A stretch of DNA of 64,000 nucleotides from Eledone cirrhosa (Eukaryota): NCBI GenBank assembly GCA_964016885.1, contig OZ024742.1:18476001-18540000 (forward strand). Direction: 5' to 3'. Made by a program: the position numbers and the translations under genes. The notes below the pieces were generated by a model. That model saw only the letters and a program-made list of their open reading frames with translations, was not told the DNA's origin and did not search any database. Shown in pieces: positions 58,001-64,000 of the stretch (position 1 is the first letter of the stretch; every line of letters starts with the position of its first letter).

Positions 58001-61000
58001 ACTCCAGATGTAATACCTATGTACAAGAAACTCTATACTATATCTGCCACTCCAGATGTAATAACTACCCACAAGAAACTCTATACTCTATCTGCCACTC
58101 CAGATGTAATACTAACTATAAGAAACTCTATACTATATCTGCCATTCCACATGTAATACGAACCCACAAGAAACTCTATACTATATCTGCCCTTCCAGAT
58201 GTAATACCTACCTACAAGAAACTGTGTACTATATCTGCCACTACAGATGTAATACTTATCTACAAGAATCTCTATACTATATCTACCACTCCAGATGTTA
58301 TACCTACCTACAAGAAACTCTATACTATATCTGCCACTCAAGATGTTATACCTACCCACAAGAAACTCTATACTATATCTACCATTCCAAATGTAATACC
58401 TACCTACGAGAAACATTATACTATATCTTCCACTCCAGATGTAAAACCTACCTTCACGAAAATCTATACTATATCTGCCACTCCAGATGTAATACCTACC
58501 TAGAAGGAACTCTATACTATATCTGCCATTCCGGATGTTATACCTACCTACAAAAACTCTCTATACTATATTTGCCACTCCAGATGTAATACCTACCTAC
58601 AAGAAACTTTATACTATATCAGCCATTCCAGATGTAATAACTCTCTACAAGAAACTCTGTACTATATCTGCCACTACAGATGTAATACCTATCTACAAGA
58701 AACTCTATACTGTATCTACCACTCCAGATGTTATACCAACCTAATAGAAAATCTATACTATATCAACCACTCCAGATGTAATAGCTACCTACAAGAAACT
58801 CTATACCATTTCTGCCACTCCAGATGTAAAACCTACCTTCACGAAAATCTATACTATATCTGCCACTCGAGACGTAACACCTACCTACGAGTAACTCTAT
58901 ACTATATCTGCCATTCCAGATGTTATACCTACCTACAAAAACTCTCTATACTATATCTGCCACTCCAGATGTAATATCTACCTATAAGAAACTCTATACT
59001 ATATCTATCACTCCAGATGTAATACCGACCTATAAAAAACTCTATTCTATATCTGCCATTCCACATGTAATACCTACCCACAAGAAACTCTATACTATAT
59101 CTGCCACTCCAGATGTTATACCAACCGACAAGAAACTATATACTGTATCTGCCACTCCACATGTAATACCTACCTACAAGAAAATCTATACTATATAGGC
59201 CTTCCAGATGTAATACCTACCTAAAAGAAACTCTATACTATATCTGCCACTCCAGATATAAAACCTAACTACAAGAAACTCTATACTATATCCGCCACTC
59301 CAGATGTAATACTACCTACAAGAAACTCCCTATACTATATCTGCCACTCCAGATGTAATACCTACCTACAAGAAACTTTATACTATATCAGCCATTCCAG
59401 GTGTAATACCTATCTACAAGAAACTCTATACAATATCTATCACTCCAGAGGTTATACGTACCTACAAGAAACTCTATACTATATCTGCCACTCCAGATGT
59501 AATATCTACCTATAAGAAACTCTATACTATATCTATCACTCCAGATGTAATGCCTACCTATAAAAAACTCTATTCTATATCTGCCATTCCACATGTAATA
59601 CCTACCCACAAAAAACTCTATACTATATAAGACACTACAGATGTAATACCTACCTACAAGAAACTCTGTACTACATCTGCCACTACAGATGTAAAACCTG
59701 TCTACTAGAAACTCTATACTATATCTACCACTCCAGACGTTATACCTACCTATAAGAAACTCGCGATACTACCTACCACTGCAGATGTTATACCTACCTA
59801 CAAGAAACTCTATACTATATGTGCCACTCCAGATGTAATACCTACCTACAAGAAACATTATACTATATCTGCCACTCCAGATGTAAAACCTACCTTCACG
59901 AAAATCTATACTATATCTGCCACTCCAGACGTAATACCTACCTACAAGGAACTCCATACTATATCTGCTACTCCAGATGTAAAACCTACCTACAAGAAAC
60001 TCTATACTATATCTGCCACTCAAGATGTAATACCTACCTACAAGAAACTTTATACTATATCTGCCATTCTAGATGTTATATCTACCTACAAAAACTGTCT
60101 ATACTCTATCTGCCACTCCAGATGTAATACCTACCTACAAGAAACTTTATACTATATCAGCCATTCCACATGTAATACCTCTCTACAAGAAACTCTGTAC
60201 TATATCTGCCACTACAGATGTAATACTTATCTACAATAAACTCTATACTGTATCTACCACTCCAGCTGTTATACCAACCTACAAGAAACTCTATCTTATA
60301 TCAACTACTTAAGATGTAATACCTACCTACAAGAAACTCTATACTATATCTGCCATTCCAGATGTAATACCTACCTACAAGAAACTCTATACTATATCTG
60401 CCACTCCAGATGTAATACCTATCTACAAGAAACTCTATACTATATCTACCACTCCAGATGTTATACCTACCTACAAGAAACTCTCGATACTATATCTACC
60501 ACTCCAGATTTTATACCTACCTACATGAAGCTCTATACTATATCTGCCACTCCAGATGTAATACCTACCTACAAGAAACTTTATACTATATCTACCACTC
60601 CAGGTGTAATACCTATCTACCAGAAACTCTATACTATATCTGCCACTCCAGATTTTATACCAACCGACAAGAAACTGTATACTGTATCTGCCACTCCACA
60701 TGTAATACCTACCTACAAGAAACTCTATACTATATCGGCCACTCCAGATGAAATACCTACCTACAAGAAACTTTATACTATATCTGCCATTCCAGATGTA
60801 ATACCTACTTAAAAGAAACACTGAACTATATCTGCTACTCCAGATGTTATACCTACCTACAAGAAAATCTATACTATAGCTGCCTTCCACATGTAATACC
60901 TACCTAAAAGAAACTCTATACTATATCTGCCACTCCAGATGTTATACCAACCGACAAGAAACTGTATACTGTATCTGCCACTCCACATGTAATACCTACC

Positions 61001-64000
61001 TACAAGAAACACTGTACTATATCTGCCACAACAGATGTAATACCTATCTACAAGAAACTCTCTATACTATATCTGCCACTCCAGATGTTATACCTACCTA
61101 CAAGAATATCTATACAATATCGGCCTTCCAGATGTAATACCTACCTAAAAGAAACTCTATACTATATCTGCAACTCCAGATATAAAACCTAACTACAAGA
61201 AACTATATACTATATCCGCCACTCCAGATGTAATACTACCTACAAGAAACTCCCTATACTATATCTGCCACTCCAGATGTAATACCTACCAACAAGAAAC
61301 TTTATACTATATCAGTCATTCCAGGTGTAATGCCTATCTATAAGAAACTCTGTACTATATCTGCCACTACAGATGTAATAACTATCTACAAGAAAATCTA
61401 TACTATATCTATCACTCCAGATGTTATACGTACCTACAAGAAACTCTATACTATATCTACCATTCCAGATTTAATACCTACCTACAAAAAAAATCTATAC
61501 TATATCTGCCACTCCAGATGTTATACCTACCTACAAGAAACCCTATACTATATCTGCCATTCCAGATGTAATACCTATCTACAAGAAACTCTATACTATA
61601 TATGCCACTCCAGATGTAGTACCTTCCTACAAGCAACTCTATACTCTATCTGCCACTCTTGATGTAATACCTACCTACAAGAAACATTATACTATATCAA
61701 CCACTCCAGATGTAATACCTACCTACAAGAAACTCCATACTATATCTGCCACTCCAGATGTAATATCTACCTATAAGAAACTCTATACTATATCTGCCAT
61801 TCCAGATGTTATACCTACCTACAAAAACTCTCTATACTATATCTGCCACTCCAGATGTAATACCTACCTACAAGAAACTTTATACTATATCAGCCATTCC
61901 AGATGTAATACCTCTCTACAAGAAACTCTGTACTATATCTGCCACTACAGATGTAATACCTACCTACAAGAAACTCTATACTGTATCTACCACTCCAGAT
62001 GTTATACCAACCTACAAGACACTCTATACTATATCAACCACTACAGATGTAATACCTACCTACAAGAAACTCTATACTATATCTGCCACTCCAGATGTAA
62101 TATCTACCTATAAGAAACTCTATACTATATCTATCACTCCAGACATAATACCTACCTATAAAAAACTCTATTCTATATCTGCCATTCCACATGTAATACC
62201 TACCTACAAGGAACCTTATACTATATCTGCCATTCCAGATGTAATACCTACCTACAAGAAACTCTGTACTATATCTGCCACTACAGATGTAAAACCTATC
62301 TACAAGAAACTCTATACTATATCTACCACTCCAGACGTTATACCTACCTACAAGAAACTCTCGATACTATACCTACCACTCCAGATGTTATACCTACCTA
62401 CAAGAAACTCTATACTATATCTGCCACTCCAGATGTTATACCTACCCACAAGAAACTCTATACTATATCTGCCTTCCAGATGTAATACCTACCTACAAGA
62501 AACTCTATACTATATCTGCCACTCCAGATGTAATACCTAACTACAAGAAACTCAATACTATATGTGCCACTCCAGATGTAAAACCTACCTACAAGAAACT
62601 CTATACTATATCTACCAATCCAAATGTAATACCTACCTACAAGAAACATTATACTATATCTGCCACTCCAGATGTAAAACCTACCTTCACGAAAATCTAT
62701 ACTATATCTGCCACTCCAGATGTTATACCTACCCACAAGAAACTCTATACTATATCTGCCTTCCAGATGTAATACCTACCTACAAGAAACTCTATACTAT
62801 ATCTGCCACTCCAGATGTAATACCTACCTACAAGAAACTCTATACTATATCTGCCACTCAAGATGTAAAACCTACCTACAAGAAACTCTATACTATATCT
62901 GCCACTCCAGATGTAATACCTACCTACAAGAAACTTTATACTATATCTGCCATTCCAGATGTTATACCTACCTACAAAAACTGTCTATACTATATCTGCC
63001 ACTCCAGATGTAATACCTACCTACAAGAAACGTTATACTATATCAGCCATTCCAGATGTAATACCTATCTACAAGAAACTCTGTACTATATCTGCCACTA
63101 CAGATGTAATACCTATCTACAAGAAACTCTATACTGTATCTACCACTCCAGCTGATATACCAACCTACCATAAACTCTATACTATATCAACTACTTCAGA
63201 TGTAATACCTACCTACAAGAAACTCTATACTATATCTGCCACTCCAGATGTAATATCCACCTACCAGAAACTCTATACTATATCTATCACACCAGATGTA
63301 ATACCTACCTATAAGAAACTCTATTCTATATCTGCCATTCCACATGTAATACCTACCTACAAGAAACTCTATACTATATCTGCCACTCCAGATGTAATAC
63401 CTACCAACAAGAAACCTTATACTATATCTGCCATTCCAGATGTAATACCTACCTACAAGAAACTCTGTACTATATCTGCCACTACAGATGTAATACCTAT
63501 CTACAAGAAACTCTATACTATATCTACCACTCCAGATGTTATACCTACCTACAAGAAACTCTCGATACTATATCTACCACTCCAGATTTTATACCTACCT
63601 ACTTGAAGCTCTATACTATATCTGCCACACCAGATGTAATACCTACCTACAAGAAACTTTATACTATATCTACCACTCCAGATGTAATACCTATCTACCA
63701 GAAATTCTATACTATATCTGCCACTCCAGATGTTATACCAACCGACAAGAAACTGTATACTGTATCTGCCACTCCACATGTAATACCTACCTACAAGAAA
63801 CTCTATACTATATCTGCCACTCCAGATGTAATACCTACCTACAAGAAACTTTATACTATATCTGCCATTCCAGATGTAATACCTACTTACAATAAACTCT
63901 GTACTATATCTGCCACTCCAGATGTTATACCTACCTACAAGAAAATCTATACTATTTCTGCTTTCCACATGTAATACCTACCTAAAAGAAACTCTATACA
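34042..64000 (+). repeat. 48-bp satellite (~620 monomers; continues beyond the right window edge), more diverged than the 39-bp array
   Basis: Consensus CCAGATGTAATACCTACCTACAAGAAACTCTATACTATATCTGCCACT. Recurrent length variants include a +2 form (CTCTCTATA), a -2 form (GCCTTCCAG) and a -1 form (AATACTACC). Confidence 0.99.

Noticed and set aside
29065-63974. Cys/Tyr/His-rich or Thr/Pro-rich ORFs as metal-binding or mucin-like proteins
   Set aside because: They are satellite translations with scattered stops and frameshifts and no unique N- or C-terminal domains.

Overview
This is eukaryotic, essentially gene-free, repeat-dominated DNA. The SINEs resemble octopus/cephalopod families, but that is recalled rather than searched. 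Three satellite arrays fill about 85% of the window: a 39-bp array (1-20548), a 14+18=32-bp array (~29150-34005) and a 48-bp array (34042-64000). Between them lies an ~8.6-kb island (20549-29150) with a decayed L1/Tx1-type reverse-transcriptase remnant, tRNA-derived SINEs, a foldback element with a 9-bp target-site duplication (TSD), several palindromes, a Penelope-type hammerhead-like motif and (TA)n/(TC)n tracts. All long ORFs in the track are translations of tandem repeats, and I see no credible intact protein-coding gene or CRISPR array. Main observation: the 39-bp monomer reads in frame into the adjacent LINE ORF2 remnant and fits the residues expected just upstream, suggesting the >20-kb array grew in place from 13 codons of a retrotransposon.
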